Source: Candidatus Aquitaenariimonas noxiae
Lineage (GTDB): Bacteria > Omnitrophota > Gorgyraeia > Aquitaenariimonadales > Aquitaenariimonadaceae
DNA: 64,000 bases
Direction: 5' to 3'
NCBI GenBank assembly: GCA_002780005.1
Contig: PEWV01000075.1
Location: 14,133 to 78,132 of the forward strand
The notes under the pieces are model-generated. The model was not told the DNA's origin, did no database searches, and worked only from the letters and a program-made list of their open reading frames with translations. Positions 1 to 10,391 of this stretch are shown one piece after another; the first letter of the stretch is position 1; every line of letters starts with the position of its first letter. The translations under genes and the position numbers were made by a program.

Positions 1-448
1 CTTCTTTAGCGAGCGCTATATTTAAAAATTCTGCGTGCTCGCGCCAGAAATCACGGAGGCGCGTAGCGCTGGGAAGCTTGAAATCCATGGCTATTATATC
101 TACATAATCTATAATCTCTCTAAGCGCACCCGGCATGGTCCCATTGGTTTCTAAGTAAACTTTTTTGCCGATAACCTTCAGCGCCAGCAAAAATTCTTTT
201 AAGAATTTTTTTTGAACCAAGGGCTCTCCGCCTGTAATTGAAATCGAATGATAATCGTCATTAAAGTGCACTATTTCATCCAGCAGATCTTTTGCGTAAT
301 ACTCTTTGTATGACGATATCCTGGTATCGCAGAAACGGCATGATCCTAAATTGCATCCGTAGAATCTCACAAAAACTTGTTTGATCCCTGCGTACACACC
401 TTCGCCCTGAATCGAATAAAAAACTTCAGATATTTTTGCTTTTTCCAT
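1..448 (-). CDS. queE: 7-carboxy-7-deazaguanine synthase QueE (radical SAM), 3' end outside window
   Basis: Manual translation from ATG at 448: MEKAKISEVFYSIQGEG...FVRFYGCNLGSCRFCDT...ISITGGEPL; adjacent to queC and queD. Confidence 0.9.
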   Translation of the reverse strand, partial: MEKAKISEVFYSIQGEGVYAGIKQVFVRFYGCNLGSCRFCDTRISSYKEYYAKDLLDEIVHFNDDYHSISITGGEPLVQKKFLKEFLLALKVIGKKVYLETNGTMPGALREIIDYVDIIAMDFKLPSATRLRDFWREHAEFLNIALAKE

Positions 449-1106
449 ATATTATGGGATCCTCAATGCCTGCCTTTTTAAAACCATTTATCCTAAAAAG
501 GCAGCTATCACATTTTCCGCAAGGTCTACTGCCGCCCTTGTAGCAAGACCACGTTAGATCATAAGGAACCTTGAGCGCTAATCCTATTTTTATAATATCG
601 GTTTTATCCTTTTGTAAAAGAGGCGTGAATATTTTTATTGAATTACCTTTTATTCCGGCCTTTGTTCCGCTATCGGCCACCTTCTTAAAGGCCTTGAAAT
701 AAACCGGCCTGCAGTCCGGATATCCCGAATAATCCTGGGTATGCGCCCCTATAAAAATCGCTTCCGCCCTACTTGCTTCAGCGAATGAAAGGGCAAAGCT
801 TAAGAAGATCGTGTTCCTGGCAGGAACGTAAGTCGAGGGTATCTCTTTTATGATTGGTTTTTTATGCTGCGGGATATCTATATTCCTATCCAACAAAGAA
901 CTGCCACCCCATGGAAGCTTAAAACTTAAGACCTGAAAATCGCATCCGGCTCTTTTTGCGACTTTCCGAGCCGAAACTATCTCTCTTTTATTCCTCTGCC
1001 CATAATCAAAAATAAGGCAACTACACTTATAACCAAAACTTTTGGCAATATACAAAGTGGTGGATGAATCTATCCCGCCAGAAAGAAGCACTATCGCGTT
1101 TTTCAT
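426..1106 (-). CDS. queC: 7-cyano-7-deazaguanine synthase
   Basis: SGGIDS, YVPARN, YPDCR and CGKCDSC motifs. Confidence 0.95.
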   Translation of the reverse strand: MKNAIVLLSGGIDSSTTLYIAKSFGYKCSCLIFDYGQRNKREIVSARKVAKRAGCDFQVLSFKLPWGGSSLLDRNIDIPQHKKPIIKEIPSTYVPARNTIFLSFALSFAEASRAEAIFIGAHTQDYSGYPDCRPVYFKAFKKVADSGTKAGIKGNSIKIFTPLLQKDKTDIIKIGLALKVPYDLTWSCYKGGSRPCGKCDSCLFRINGFKKAGIEDPIIYGKSKNI

Positions 1107-1136
1107 CTCTCACGATCTCGGTTAAGCTATTATTCC

Positions 1137-1505
1137 TTATAAATAAGAAGCGGCGGACGTATCTGTTTCCCAAACAGTAACCTTAGCTACCTTTAAACTT
1201 TCAGCCTTTTTAAGCTTCAAGCTCAAATTATAGTGAATGAATTTGGCAATATTCTCTGAGGTAGGATTTACTTTTTTGAAATACGGCACGTTATTTAAAT
1301 ATTTATGGTCCAGGACCGTCAATATTTTTTTTAAGCAGTGTTTCAGTTCTTTAAAATCCATGACCATGCCAAGGTCATCTAAACCATCCGAGCGCACAAT
1401 AGCTTTCACTTTCCAGTTGTGGCCGTGAAGCGCTTCGCATTTACCTTTGTAATGACGCAGGCGATGGGCGCTGTTAAATTCTGAAATTATTTCTACCTCA
1501 TACAT
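1137..1505 (-). CDS. queD: 6-carboxytetrahydropterin synthase
   Basis: AHRL, KCEALHGHNW, LDHKYLN, PTSENIA and VWET motifs. Confidence 0.95.
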   Translation of the reverse strand: MYEVEIISEFNSAHRLRHYKGKCEALHGHNWKVKAIVRSDGLDDLGMVMDFKELKHCLKKILTVLDHKYLNNVPYFKKVNPTSENIAKFIHYNLSLKLKKAESLKVAKVTVWETDTSAASYL

Positions 1506-1510
1506 ATATA

Positions 1511-1693
1511 TTATTTAACCGATATAGCCTCGACCGGACAGCTTTCAGCTGCATCTTTTAGATCGCAACTCGTGGATTTAAAATCTTTCACGCGAGCTAC
1601 GCTATCGTCGCCCATTTCGAAAACATCCGGGCACGTATCCACGCACAAGCCACAACCCGTACATAAGCTTTTGTCTACTGTAACCTTTGCCAT
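1511..1693 (-). CDS. Single-cluster ferredoxin
   Basis: CTGCGLC...CP and ESCPVEAI in 60 aa. Confidence 0.9.
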   Translation of the reverse strand: MAKVTVDKSLCTGCGLCVDTCPDVFEMGDDSVARVKDFKSTSCDLKDAAESCPVEAISVK

Positions 1694-1738
1694 ATTAATA
1701 CCTCCTGTTTTAAAAATCGCATTAACTCTTTATTCTGA

Positions 1739-2242
1739 CTATTCGTTTATCAATGTCTTAAGCAAAGACTCATCCGGAATATTAGAACCCTTTTCTCTTA
1801 CATTACCTTTTTTATCTATGGCGAAGAGCGAAGGGACCCCAAAGACGCCGTATTTCTGGGATACCGCGCCGTCCGTATCCATCAATATGGGATATGGCAT
1901 GCTATTTTTGCCTATAAAACTCGCTATCTTGTCTTTTCCTTCTTGTATATAAACAGCCAACACCTGCAAACCTTTTCCGTTATACTCGCTGTATAGTTTT
2001 TTCAAACCCGGAATTTTCTCTTTGCAATAAGGGCACCACGTAGTACTAAAAACCAATAGCACCGCATCCTTGCCTATAAAATCATTTAAACTAATATTCT
2101 TGCCGTTTATATCCGCAAGCGTGAAATCTGGAGCTGGACCAGACGACGCATTTCCGCCTTTACCATCCGCGCAGCCTGTTTGATATAGAAACGCGAAAGC
2201 TATAAAAGTAGCCAGAATATAGGAAATGATTTTCTTTTTCAT
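1739..2242 (-). CDS. TlpA/ResA-like exported thiol-disulfide oxidoreductase
   Basis: N-terminal signal, APDFTL, WCPYC, GVP motif. Confidence 0.85.
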   Translation of the reverse strand: MKKKIISYILATFIAFAFLYQTGCADGKGGNASSGPAPDFTLADINGKNISLNDFIGKDAVLLVFSTTWCPYCKEKIPGLKKLYSEYNGKGLQVLAVYIQEGKDKIASFIGKNSMPYPILMDTDGAVSQKYGVFGVPSLFAIDKKGNVREKGSNIPDESLLKTLINE

Positions 2243-2255
2243 TTTACCTTCTCGT

Positions 2256-2966
2256 TCAAACCATTAATTTTCCCGTTGCAATTAAAAAATATTCGCCTAT
2301 AAGTATAAGGATCCAGCCAAATACCTTCTTTATCCGTTCAAGCCATAAGCCGGCCTTTGGCATCGACGCTATTAAACCCGTAAATGTGCCTAGAACTACT
2401 AGAAGAAAGCCCATGCCAAGAGCAAATACGAACATAAGCGTCATGCCGAATAGAACATTCTGTTTCGTAGCCACATACCCTAATATAACAGCTAAAGGCG
2501 GAGCCGTGCATGGCCCGACTACGAGACCTGAGGCCGCGCCGACAAGAAAGCTCGGCACAATACCTTTGCCTTTTGAAAGGAATTTGCCTTGGGTCAAAAA
2601 TTTTGGTATTGGTATCTCAAATACGCCAAGCATGGATAACCCCAGCAAAGCGCAAAGGTTCCCTACAAAAAAATTGGTCAAAGGGTTAGTCGCTATTCGG
2701 CCGAACAGGCTCCCCGTCAATGCGGCAATGCCGCCTAATACGGAATAAGCGAAAGCCATTCCAAAAACATAGAATAGGGATAATAAAAAAGCTTTGCCTT
2801 TTGATTTTACTCCGGAGGCGCCTATGTAGGAAATAGTTATGGGAATAATAGGATAAACGCAAGGGGTAAAACTTACTGCTACTCCTCCCGCAAAAGCTGC
2901 CAAATAGGCTAAAAGCGGAGCTCCTTCTATATACACTTCAAAGTTAGACAAGAGACCTTGTATCAC
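2256..2966 (-). CDS. ccdA: CcdA/DsbD transmembrane electron-transfer protein
   Basis: SFTPCVYP and GPCTAP cysteine motifs; multiple TM segments. Confidence 0.85.
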   Translation of the reverse strand: MIQGLLSNFEVYIEGAPLLAYLAAFAGGVAVSFTPCVYPIIPITISYIGASGVKSKGKAFLLSLFYVFGMAFAYSVLGGIAALTGSLFGRIATNPLTNFFVGNLCALLGLSMLGVFEIPIPKFLTQGKFLSKGKGIVPSFLVGAASGLVVGPCTAPPLAVILGYVATKQNVLFGMTLMFVFALGMGFLLVVLGTFTGLIASMPKAGLWLERIKKVFGWILILIGEYFLIATGKLMV

Positions 2967-3286
2967 AAAACACTCTCTATCTCAGATCTGAACTTTTCCT
3001 TTTGCGTAATGCCCATTATTCTTTTTACCTCTTCCTTGCCCTTGAATATTATAAAGGTAGGTATGGACATTACCCCGTAATTTGACGGCACTTGAGTATT
3101 GGCGCTTATATCGATCTTGCCAAAATCAGCCTTTCCGTTCAAATCTTCCGCTATATCTTTCAGAACAGGTTCCATCCTTTTGCACGGTTGGCACCAATCC
3201 GAGAAAAAATCAAGCACAAAAACTTTACCTGACCCTAAAACTAAATTTTCAAAATTTTCATCTGTAATGTTTTTTATATTTTCCAT
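2963..3286 (-). CDS. trxA: Thioredoxin
   Basis: WCQPC and MSIPT motifs. Confidence 0.85.
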   Translation of the reverse strand: MENIKNITDENFENLVLGSGKVFVLDFFSDWCQPCKRMEPVLKDIAEDLNGKADFGKIDISANTQVPSNYGVMSIPTFIIFKGKEEVKRIMGITQKEKFRSEIESVL

Positions 3287-3305
3287 GCTTAGCCTATGGT
3301 TAAAG

Positions 3306-3358
3306 AAAAAGGGTGAGAATGTTTTTTCTCATATCTTTCGCATATCTCACCCTTTTTT
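3306..3358. terminator. Intrinsic terminator-like hairpin with long loop
   Basis: AAAAAGGGTGAGA ... TCTCACCCTTTTT inverted repeat just downstream of gene 3382-3762. Confidence 0.6.
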
Positions 3359-3381
3359 ATTTTTATATCCCTACGGGATTA

Positions 3382-3762
3382 TTACCTCGGGGTTCCTGAT
3401 TTCAAACCTTCTTGATAACCATCTTTAAAACCTGATGCGTAGCCTTCTTGATATGCCTCTTGATACAAGTCGACCGTCTGTGATGTTCTTTGCACCTGTC
3501 GCGGGGTCGGTTCAACCGGAGGATTGTTTCCTTCCGTCATCACATCCAGAAGAACGTTACCGAGAATACCCGTTCCTGCCCCTATCAAAGCGCCCTTACC
3601 TGCTTTTCCGCCGCTAGCCCCAGCTGCTATCGCGCCTGTGCCGGCGCCGAGAAGCCCCTCTCTTAGAATCTTTGACGAATTCTGATCTGCGGCGAGTGCT
3701 TGCACGGTAAAATAGACAAGGCCGAAAGCTAGGACAAATACGACTACTATAAACCTCTTCAT
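3382..3762 (-). CDS. Exported glycine-zipper hypothetical protein
   Basis: Signal peptide, GLLGAGTGAIAAG...GALIGAGTG zipper, YxxGY repeats; AGGAGG SD. Confidence 0.7.
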   Translation of the reverse strand: MKRFIVVVFVLAFGLVYFTVQALAADQNSSKILREGLLGAGTGAIAAGASGGKAGKGALIGAGTGILGNVLLDVMTEGNNPPVEPTPRQVQRTSQTVDLYQEAYQEGYASGFKDGYQEGLKSGTPR

Positions 3763-3822
3763 TTTAACACCTCCTTAATTTTCAGTTGTATATTATAACA
3801 CAAAAAGGGACAAAAAACTATC

Positions 3823-4971
3823 TTATTTATGCACCACTTTATTGTGTTTTTTGGTTTGACTGATTTTTGATTCTACGGAGCTAATAAGCTTATCAAATGA
3901 AACCTGAAATGCCTTAACGCCTTCGTCCTGGATCTCCTGGCAGGTCTTTTCTACGTTTATCCCAAAAGACGCCAAATCTTCTAAAACGTTTCTCGACCCT
4001 TCTAGATCATTTTCAATCCTAACACCCGGTTTACCATGATCCCTGAACGCTGCCAAGGTCGAATCCGGAATAGTGTTTATGCTCTGGGGCGCCACTAGTT
4101 CTTCAACGTACTTGACATCGCTGTATGATGGATTTTTCGTGCTCGTACTGGCCCATAAAACTTTCTGTATGCGCGCGTCGTTTTCCTGCAATTCGCCGAA
4201 ATTCTCATCAGAGAACAAGTCTTTAAAACGCTGATATATCATTTTAGTATGCGCAACGGCTGAGCGGCCTATCAAGGACTTGATTTTTAGGGATCTTGCT
4301 TTATCTTTTTCGATAACCAGTATTTTCTCCAGCATATTATCTATTTTTGTATCGAGGCGGCTTATAAATACGCTTGCCACGGAATTAACTCTGTCCAGGT
4401 CCTCGTCCCTCTTTAACCTATCTTTAAGGCCGTCAATATAAGCGTTAACGATAGCCTCATAATGCTGCATTGAAAAAAGCAGCGTCACATTCACGTTTAT
4501 GCCTTCGCTTATCAAAGTCTTGATAGCTTCCGGTGATTCTTTTGTGCCCGGGACTTTTATCATTATATTTTCTTTTCCTATGCGCTTAAATATCCTTTTA
4601 GCATCATTTATAGTCTTAGATACATCGTGCGCGTATTCCGGAAGCACCTCGATACTGACATAGCCGTCTTCACCTTTTGACCTCCTGAAAACGTCGTCCA
4701 AAATATCTGCAGCCATAGAAACATCACGAATGGTCAGTTCATCATAAATTTCTCTGGCACTTTTGCCGGATTTGATCAGTTCATAAATCTCTTCGTCGTA
4801 TTCCGTAGAGGAATTGATGGCGTTCTCGAATATAGACGGATTTGAGGTAACGCCGCGTATGCCGTCATCGCGTATCAATTTTTTAAGCCCGTCTCCGATC
4901 AAGAGAGACCTTTTGATATTGTCGTACCATGGGCTCTGTCCGAACTCTAACAATTTCTTTACAGGATTCAT
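3823..4971 (-). CDS. tal: Transaldolase (class 2, actinobacterial/plant type)
   Basis: GVTSNPSIF, IKVPGT, NVTLLFS, SVASVFISR, LWASTSTK motifs. Confidence 0.92.
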   Translation of the reverse strand: MNPVKKLLEFGQSPWYDNIKRSLLIGDGLKKLIRDDGIRGVTSNPSIFENAINSSTEYDEEIYELIKSGKSAREIYDELTIRDVSMAADILDDVFRRSKGEDGYVSIEVLPEYAHDVSKTINDAKRIFKRIGKENIMIKVPGTKESPEAIKTLISEGINVNVTLLFSMQHYEAIVNAYIDGLKDRLKRDEDLDRVNSVASVFISRLDTKIDNMLEKILVIEKDKARSLKIKSLIGRSAVAHTKMIYQRFKDLFSDENFGELQENDARIQKVLWASTSTKNPSYSDVKYVEELVAPQSINTIPDSTLAAFRDHGKPGVRIENDLEGSRNVLEDLASFGINVEKTCQEIQDEGVKAFQVSFDKLISSVESKISQTKKHNKVVHK

Positions 4972-4989
4972 ACGCTTCCCTTCCCCTGC

Positions 4990-5700
4990 TTAACCCTTTA
5001 GTCTTTTTAAGCTCTTTATGGTTTCTTTAGGGTCTTTTGATTTGAAGAAAAAACTTGCGGTCGCTAAAATATTGGCGCCTGCCTGCACGGCTTTCTTGGC
5101 GGTCTCGTTATTTATGCCGCCGTCTACCGCTATATCACCTTTATAGATTTTTCGTAAAGCTTCTATCTTGGGTAGAACAGAGTCCATGAAAGCCTGGCCT
5201 GCAAATCCGGGATTTACAGACATGATTAAAACCATATCCACGTCATTCAAAACGTCTTGAATGCATAAAGGCGTACCGGGATTCAAAGCAATGGCCGCTT
5301 TTGCGCCTGATTTCTTTATTTTATTTAGATCTTTTCTTACCTTTTCCGGATTGATCTTTTCTATTTCTTTCGGGAACTTATTTCTGCCTTTCGAAAACGG
5401 TTTTAACTCGCCATAGCATTCGGCATGCACGGTAATTATATCAGCCCCTGACTTGGTAAAGGTTTCTATATACATATCCGGATTTTCTATCATGAGGTGG
5501 GCGTCCAGCGGAATTTTTGTATACGGTTTTACCGATTCTATAATTACGGGCCCTATGGTTATGTTGGGAACAAAATGGCCGTCCATAACGTCTATGTGAA
5601 TAATGTCAACTCCCGCATCTTCGCATTTTTTGATTTCATCCCCTAACCGAGCAAAATCTGCGGATAATATACTTACTGAAACTTTTATATCTTTATTCAA
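4990..5700 (-). CDS. rpe: Ribulose-phosphate 3-epimerase
   Basis: HIDVMDGHFVPN, MSVNPGFAGQ, VDGGIN motifs. Confidence 0.95.
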   Translation of the reverse strand: MNKDIKVSVSILSADFARLGDEIKKCEDAGVDIIHIDVMDGHFVPNITIGPVIIESVKPYTKIPLDAHLMIENPDMYIETFTKSGADIITVHAECYGELKPFSKGRNKFPKEIEKINPEKVRKDLNKIKKSGAKAAIALNPGTPLCIQDVLNDVDMVLIMSVNPGFAGQAFMDSVLPKIEALRKIYKGDIAVDGGINNETAKKAVQAGANILATASFFFKSKDPKETIKSLKRLKG

Positions 5701-5824
5701 CCTTATCTCCTTTTTCCAGGTGTTATTTTACATTAATCACTCATTCTTATCAAGAAAAAAACAAAACCCGCCAGAATATCGAGCAATGCTTATTATCCCG
5801 GTGGGAATCTCTACAAAACGAAAT

Positions 5825-6259
5825 CTATATTTTCAGCTCTATTTCCTTTATGCCGTCTGAAAGAATTACGCTGTCGGGTGTTATATCTACAATCGTATAC
5901 TCCCCGACCTTTTCGCCTACACCTACTATCATTCCGCTTACAATAGCCTTTGGGCTTTGCTTATCCCACACGACACCATCCAGTTTAAAATCTCCTACCG
6001 CGTCGATAGGATGTAACGGCCTATACGTAAATGGATCAGCACCCCAAGCCAATGCTTTTGAGCACGCTTCCAAATCTTTAAAATCGGGAGTTGCCGGGGC
6101 GATGTTCGCTTTTTGGTCGTTCTGCTTTGAAATGTTGGGTTTAGTAATTTTTGTTTTATCTACAGCTTTCTTTTGTCTTTCAAAAAGACTTGCAACGGCA
6201 AGCAGTAATATCATGACTAAAGCTATAGTTACAACTGTCTCAACCGTATTTTTCTTCAT
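5825..6259 (-). CDS. PilP/GspB-like pilus-associated protein
   Basis: Single TM, DPF motif, LDGVVWD...AIV...VGEKV; directly downstream of pilO. Confidence 0.6.
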   Translation of the reverse strand: MKKNTVETVVTIALVMILLLAVASLFERQKKAVDKTKITKPNISKQNDQKANIAPATPDFKDLEACSKALAWGADPFTYRPLHPIDAVGDFKLDGVVWDKQSPKAIVSGMIVGVGEKVGEYTIVDITPDSVILSDGIKEIELKI

Positions 6260-6265
6260 AGAATT

Positions 6266-6841
6266 TTATTTTTCTTCTGTTAAAAGATACATCGTCATAT
6301 TTATATCTGCCCTGAGTTCCTTTTTTCCTGATTCTTTAAGCATTTTTAGATATTCAACCGTTATAAGCTGCGGCAGATTTTCTTTCAAGGCCAAAAAAAA
6401 CTTACCCAATCCTTTATAGCTGCTGTAGGCGGTTACAAAAACTTGGCTCTTTTGGCAGTATTTTCCTTCTATCATTATTGGTTTCCCGTTTTTACTCAAA
6501 AACGGAATTTTAACTTCGGGCTTCATCGATACAACATTCAATCCGTATTTATGCGCTATATCCGAAATGGAACGAAGCGCGCCTTTTTCATCCGAAGGAA
6601 ATTTGGCATCCAGTTCATCGAGTTTAGTTTTCAGAATAGAAAATCCTTCGTCTATGCTTCTCCCTTTCCCTGTCATGGATTCAACTGCATTAATCTCACC
6701 TTCTGTTTCTTTAAATTCAGTCATAAGTACCTCAACCGAATTTTTTGCCGGCAGATATACAAAAACCAGAAATACTATAAACAAGGTCGCGCTTATTGAA
6801 ATGACAATTAATATTTTTTTCTGTCCTAAGGTGATATACAT
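6266..6841 (-). CDS. pilO: Type IV pilus inner-membrane protein PilO
   Basis: N-terminal TM, coiled coil, P-x-E motif, C-terminal ferredoxin-like pattern; position after pilMN. Confidence 0.75.
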   Translation of the reverse strand: MYITLGQKKILIVISISATLFIVFLVFVYLPAKNSVEVLMTEFKETEGEINAVESMTGKGRSIDEGFSILKTKLDELDAKFPSDEKGALRSISDIAHKYGLNVVSMKPEVKIPFLSKNGKPIMIEGKYCQKSQVFVTAYSSYKGLGKFFLALKENLPQLITVEYLKMLKESGKKELRADINMTMYLLTEEK

Positions 6842-6843
6842 TT

Positions 6844-8598
6844 TTACCTCGCCAAAACTGAGCGTATTTCAAATTTCAGAACATCTTTTCCATCGTAACT
6901 TGCCTTACTCGATGAAGAGAGGCTCGTTGCATTAAAAAACGGGGATGCTTCTAATTTTTCCATAAATCCCATCAGATCGCCTTCCAAGTTTTGCGGCGCC
7001 GTAACAACATATCCGTTTAAAATCAATAAATTCTTTTCCTGATTGATCTCTAATGATTCCAATAAGCAGCTCGGAGGCGTAATATTGCTGAGCTCCTTCA
7101 ACACCCAGTCGGGCGGCATCTTATCGCGTTCTATTTGTTCAACAAGAGTTAGTTTTGAAGCAACTTTATTATTTAAATCGCTTATCGCGCCTATAGCTTC
7201 TAAATGAAGTCTCGCATTTTTAAGCCTATTTTTATAGTCATTCACTTCCGACCTAACTACTACTAGGGAGAACAGAAATACAACACCGAGCACCACGCCT
7301 ATGACCCTTAGGGACATTTTTTGCAGGGCTTCCGCTTTCTCGGTCTTGTATTCTTTAGGCAAGAAGCTCGGGCTTTTGCCAGCGCCTATCGCTGCGCCTG
7401 TGAGGTTGTTCAGTTGCGCCATACCTTTATTTCGCGCATCTTTATCTATATTTTGTTTCGTGGCAATAATATTCGTCAAGGATAGTTTTCTCACATTGCA
7501 TTTTAATTCGTTTTGCAAATATACATCCAGGCCTTTTAAATTTGAGCCTCCGCCTGTAAGAAATAAATTTTGCGGAAATTCGTCTTCGAATTTTGAAACA
7601 TAGTAATTTATGGATCTATTTATTTCCGATATTAGCCTCTCAAGGGCGGGCCTCATCAAAGATATGATCTGGCTTCCTTTAATACCGTCTTTCAGTACCT
7701 CTTCCGGGTCTCGGGGGATGCCGAACTCTATTTTCATTTCTTCGGCCTTCTGGGTTGTTAATTCTATTTTGCCGGCGTCCGATACTAGCGTCCCGCTCAT
7801 ACCCATAGTAAGCTGATCTGAACTGAAAGGCAGGTTTCGCAGGAAACTCAATTTGCACTCTTTGTAAATCAAAAATGTAGAGAATGTTGCTCCTATATCA
7901 AGGACCGAGGCTGTACCGCTTTTCGGAATTTCGAGCTTCTCTAAAACATACGAGAAGATATACGAGAAATTAAAAGGCATTAACTTTATGTCTACCACGT
8001 TTAGGCCTGCTTCTTTTATAGGCTTGGCGTACTTGTCTATAAAATCATTTTTTACGCACCCCACCATTATATCTTTTCTTTTCGCTCCGTCTTTATCGGT
8101 GTATTCACCTATGATTTGCCAATCGATTTGAGCCTGCTCTAAATCAAACGGCGCATCACCCTTAATTTCCCATTTGATGGCCTCTTCCATCTCTCTCTGG
8201 GGCATATTCGGCAAAGATATCCTCTTCATTATCACCGAATCTAAATCCTGTGCGTTGATTATAATATCTTTATCTAATATGGAATTAACAGTTATAAAAT
8301 TATTTATAAAATCGAGAATGGCTTTATTATTATCCTCTGAATCGGATGAGCCCAACTCTTTTATATCATACTGCAGAAGTTCAGGCATGTCTTTTGACAG
8401 GCAAAAGAGAGCGATTTTAAGGGTGCGACTTCCTATGTCTAAGGATAAAATTTTACCTTTTTCTTTAGAAAAGATGCCTGTCAGCTCAGGGTTTTTACGT
8501 TTACACAAATTACCGTAGCTTTTAATAAACTGGTCATACAACTTAGTGATTATCTGCACAGGATCATTTGGCAATTGGAATCTTTTACTTGAGATCAT
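6844..8598 (-). CDS. pilM: PilM-PilN fusion protein
   Basis: Actin-like LDIGS and LDIGA, LTGGGSNL, then (N/S)FLP, a TM and a PilN-like C-terminus. Confidence 0.85.
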   Translation of the reverse strand: MISSKRFQLPNDPVQIITKLYDQFIKSYGNLCKRKNPELTGIFSKEKGKILSLDIGSRTLKIALFCLSKDMPELLQYDIKELGSSDSEDNNKAILDFINNFITVNSILDKDIIINAQDLDSVIMKRISLPNMPQREMEEAIKWEIKGDAPFDLEQAQIDWQIIGEYTDKDGAKRKDIMVGCVKNDFIDKYAKPIKEAGLNVVDIKLMPFNFSYIFSYVLEKLEIPKSGTASVLDIGATFSTFLIYKECKLSFLRNLPFSSDQLTMGMSGTLVSDAGKIELTTQKAEEMKIEFGIPRDPEEVLKDGIKGSQIISLMRPALERLISEINRSINYYVSKFEDEFPQNLFLTGGGSNLKGLDVYLQNELKCNVRKLSLTNIIATKQNIDKDARNKGMAQLNNLTGAAIGAGKSPSFLPKEYKTEKAEALQKMSLRVIGVVLGVVFLFSLVVVRSEVNDYKNRLKNARLHLEAIGAISDLNNKVASKLTLVEQIERDKMPPDWVLKELSNITPPSCLLESLEINQEKNLLILNGYVVTAPQNLEGDLMGFMEKLEASPFFNATSLSSSSKASYDGKDVLKFEIRSVLAR

Positions 8599-8698
8599 TT
8601 TTATATTTTAATATTTTTAGCCTTTCTCACATTATAAAACTTTTCCCCGATATTAACAACGACTTTATTATATTTTCCGTTTAAGACCCGGACCGTTT

Positions 8699-10390
8699 TT
8701 AATTATCGTTCCAGGAATTCTCTTCTACAGAAACACCGTTTAAACCCTGTGGTATGGAAGAATCCACTGCTGAAGCATCATAAGTTATTGTCGCAGGGCC
8801 TAGTGAATCGGAGAAGAATTGGCGTACCAAAAGAGAGCCGGTAACGCTCGAGTTTCCGTTAACTTGGGCCAGCCCCTCGGTTGAGTTTCCATATTGATAA
8901 ACTATGCCTGAAACAGACGCGCCGGAATTTATCTGCAGAGATTGGTTATTTCTGCCCCTGCTTATGACAGCCCCGCTTACCGTTGTGCCGGAATCTTTTA
9001 TCTGCAGCAGATTATTAGAAGCCGAACTTGCATAGTCTACATATAAGGTGCTACTTGTTACATAAGCCCCATCTTGAACGATAAGGCACCGCTGCGCGAT
9101 GATCACGGCACCGTTAATATTGGTAGTTGAATTTCTTATCGTTAACGCATCGCCTGTCCCGCTAGGGCTCCTGGAATATAAATAGCAGTTTCGATTTAAA
9201 GTTACGGATGTGTCAGCTTGACTTGAGTTTAAATTCATATCGCCACCCGACAGGAAATAAATATTCCCTCCGGACGGCGCAGCCGTAAAGGTCCCGGCAT
9301 CGGCGTTCGCATTGTGAATCAATATCTTTCCTTTGACAGAAGTAACTATATAGCCGTAACCGCCCACGTTAACCGTCCCATTTGTGTCAAAATCAGTATG
9401 TATATAGATCTCAAAATTATTTGAATTAATAGCTGCTGTTCCTTCCAGATTAAATGTGCGGGAGCAATTTATTCGATAATCGCGCGCGGTTATCTGGGCA
9501 TTCCCAGTCATATTGAAATCAGTGCTGGTGTTAATAGTGAAATTTGAGGCGTTCGAATCTATGCTCGAGCCGTTTTGAAGGTTAAAAGCCCTGCAGTTTA
9601 CAGTAAAATTGGTACCGGTGATGGAAAACCCATTGGTGTTTATATCTCTTCGGCTTATATTCTGGTTTGTCCAGTTTACGTTGCCGGTCAAGGTAAGATC
9701 GCCTGCGCCGGGGCTGGTATTAATATTTGCATCGTTAATGCGGGTGTTCCAACCCGACATCAAATTATCATAGTAAGCCGTATCCAGAGAGGGCATATCC
9801 GGGAATGACGGCTGAATTGCTTCGGTTGAATATGTACCTGTGCCGTCTATTGTCTCGCCTGAGCCATAATACACTTTACCTCCCGTTACAGAACACGGGG
9901 TATTTATACGCGAGCTGCCCACAGACCAATAGTCGCCTACTATTTGTGTCCCGCTGCCTGTTGTCGAAAAATCGAGTCTCGCGCTCGGACCGTCAAGCTG
10001 CCAAAACACGGCAAACAGGCATGCCTTCGGAGTCTTTTTGGCTGTCGAGCTTATCTGTCTTTGGATGATCTGGCCTGAATAACCCGATACTTTTCCGGTC
10101 ACAGTAAACGAAACATTGTTTGCGCTGGCGCTATTAATTGTTATGTCAAAAGTTCCTGAGCCAAGCTCTATCCCGGTTTGATCGGTTTCATCGGTCCAAT
10201 CGCTGTCGCTGGCTAATTTCTCCAAATACCAATCCCTTCCGCCTTCTACTGCAGCAAATGCCTCGACTCCTCCTGAAAAACCCAGACTGCTTTCCGTGCC
10301 TTGAGTCAAAAGGGAAAAGGCAACTAACGCCACGAGTGAACACGCCAATACCAAAAAAATCATCAGAATTAACGCTACACCTTTTTCCAT
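8699..10390 (-). CDS. PilX-like minor pilin with large Asn/Ser/Thr/Gly-rich beta-rich C-terminal domain
   Basis: MEKG|VALILMIFL N-terminus, AFAAVEGG motif, C-terminal W. Confidence 0.75.
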   Translation of the reverse strand: MEKGVALILMIFLVLACSLVALVAFSLLTQGTESSLGFSGGVEAFAAVEGGRDWYLEKLASDSDWTDETDQTGIELGSGTFDITINSASANNVSFTVTGKVSGYSGQIIQRQISSTAKKTPKACLFAVFWQLDGPSARLDFSTTGSGTQIVGDYWSVGSSRINTPCSVTGGKVYYGSGETIDGTGTYSTEAIQPSFPDMPSLDTAYYDNLMSGWNTRINDANINTSPGAGDLTLTGNVNWTNQNISRRDINTNGFSITGTNFTVNCRAFNLQNGSSIDSNASNFTINTSTDFNMTGNAQITARDYRINCSRTFNLEGTAAINSNNFEIYIHTDFDTNGTVNVGGYGYIVTSVKGKILIHNANADAGTFTAAPSGGNIYFLSGGDMNLNSSQADTSVTLNRNCYLYSRSPSGTGDALTIRNSTTNINGAVIIAQRCLIVQDGAYVTSSTLYVDYASSASNNLLQIKDSGTTVSGAVISRGRNNQSLQINSGASVSGIVYQYGNSTEGLAQVNGNSSVTGSLLVRQFFSDSLGPATITYDASAVDSSIPQGLNGVSVEENSWNDN

Positions 10391-10391
10391 A

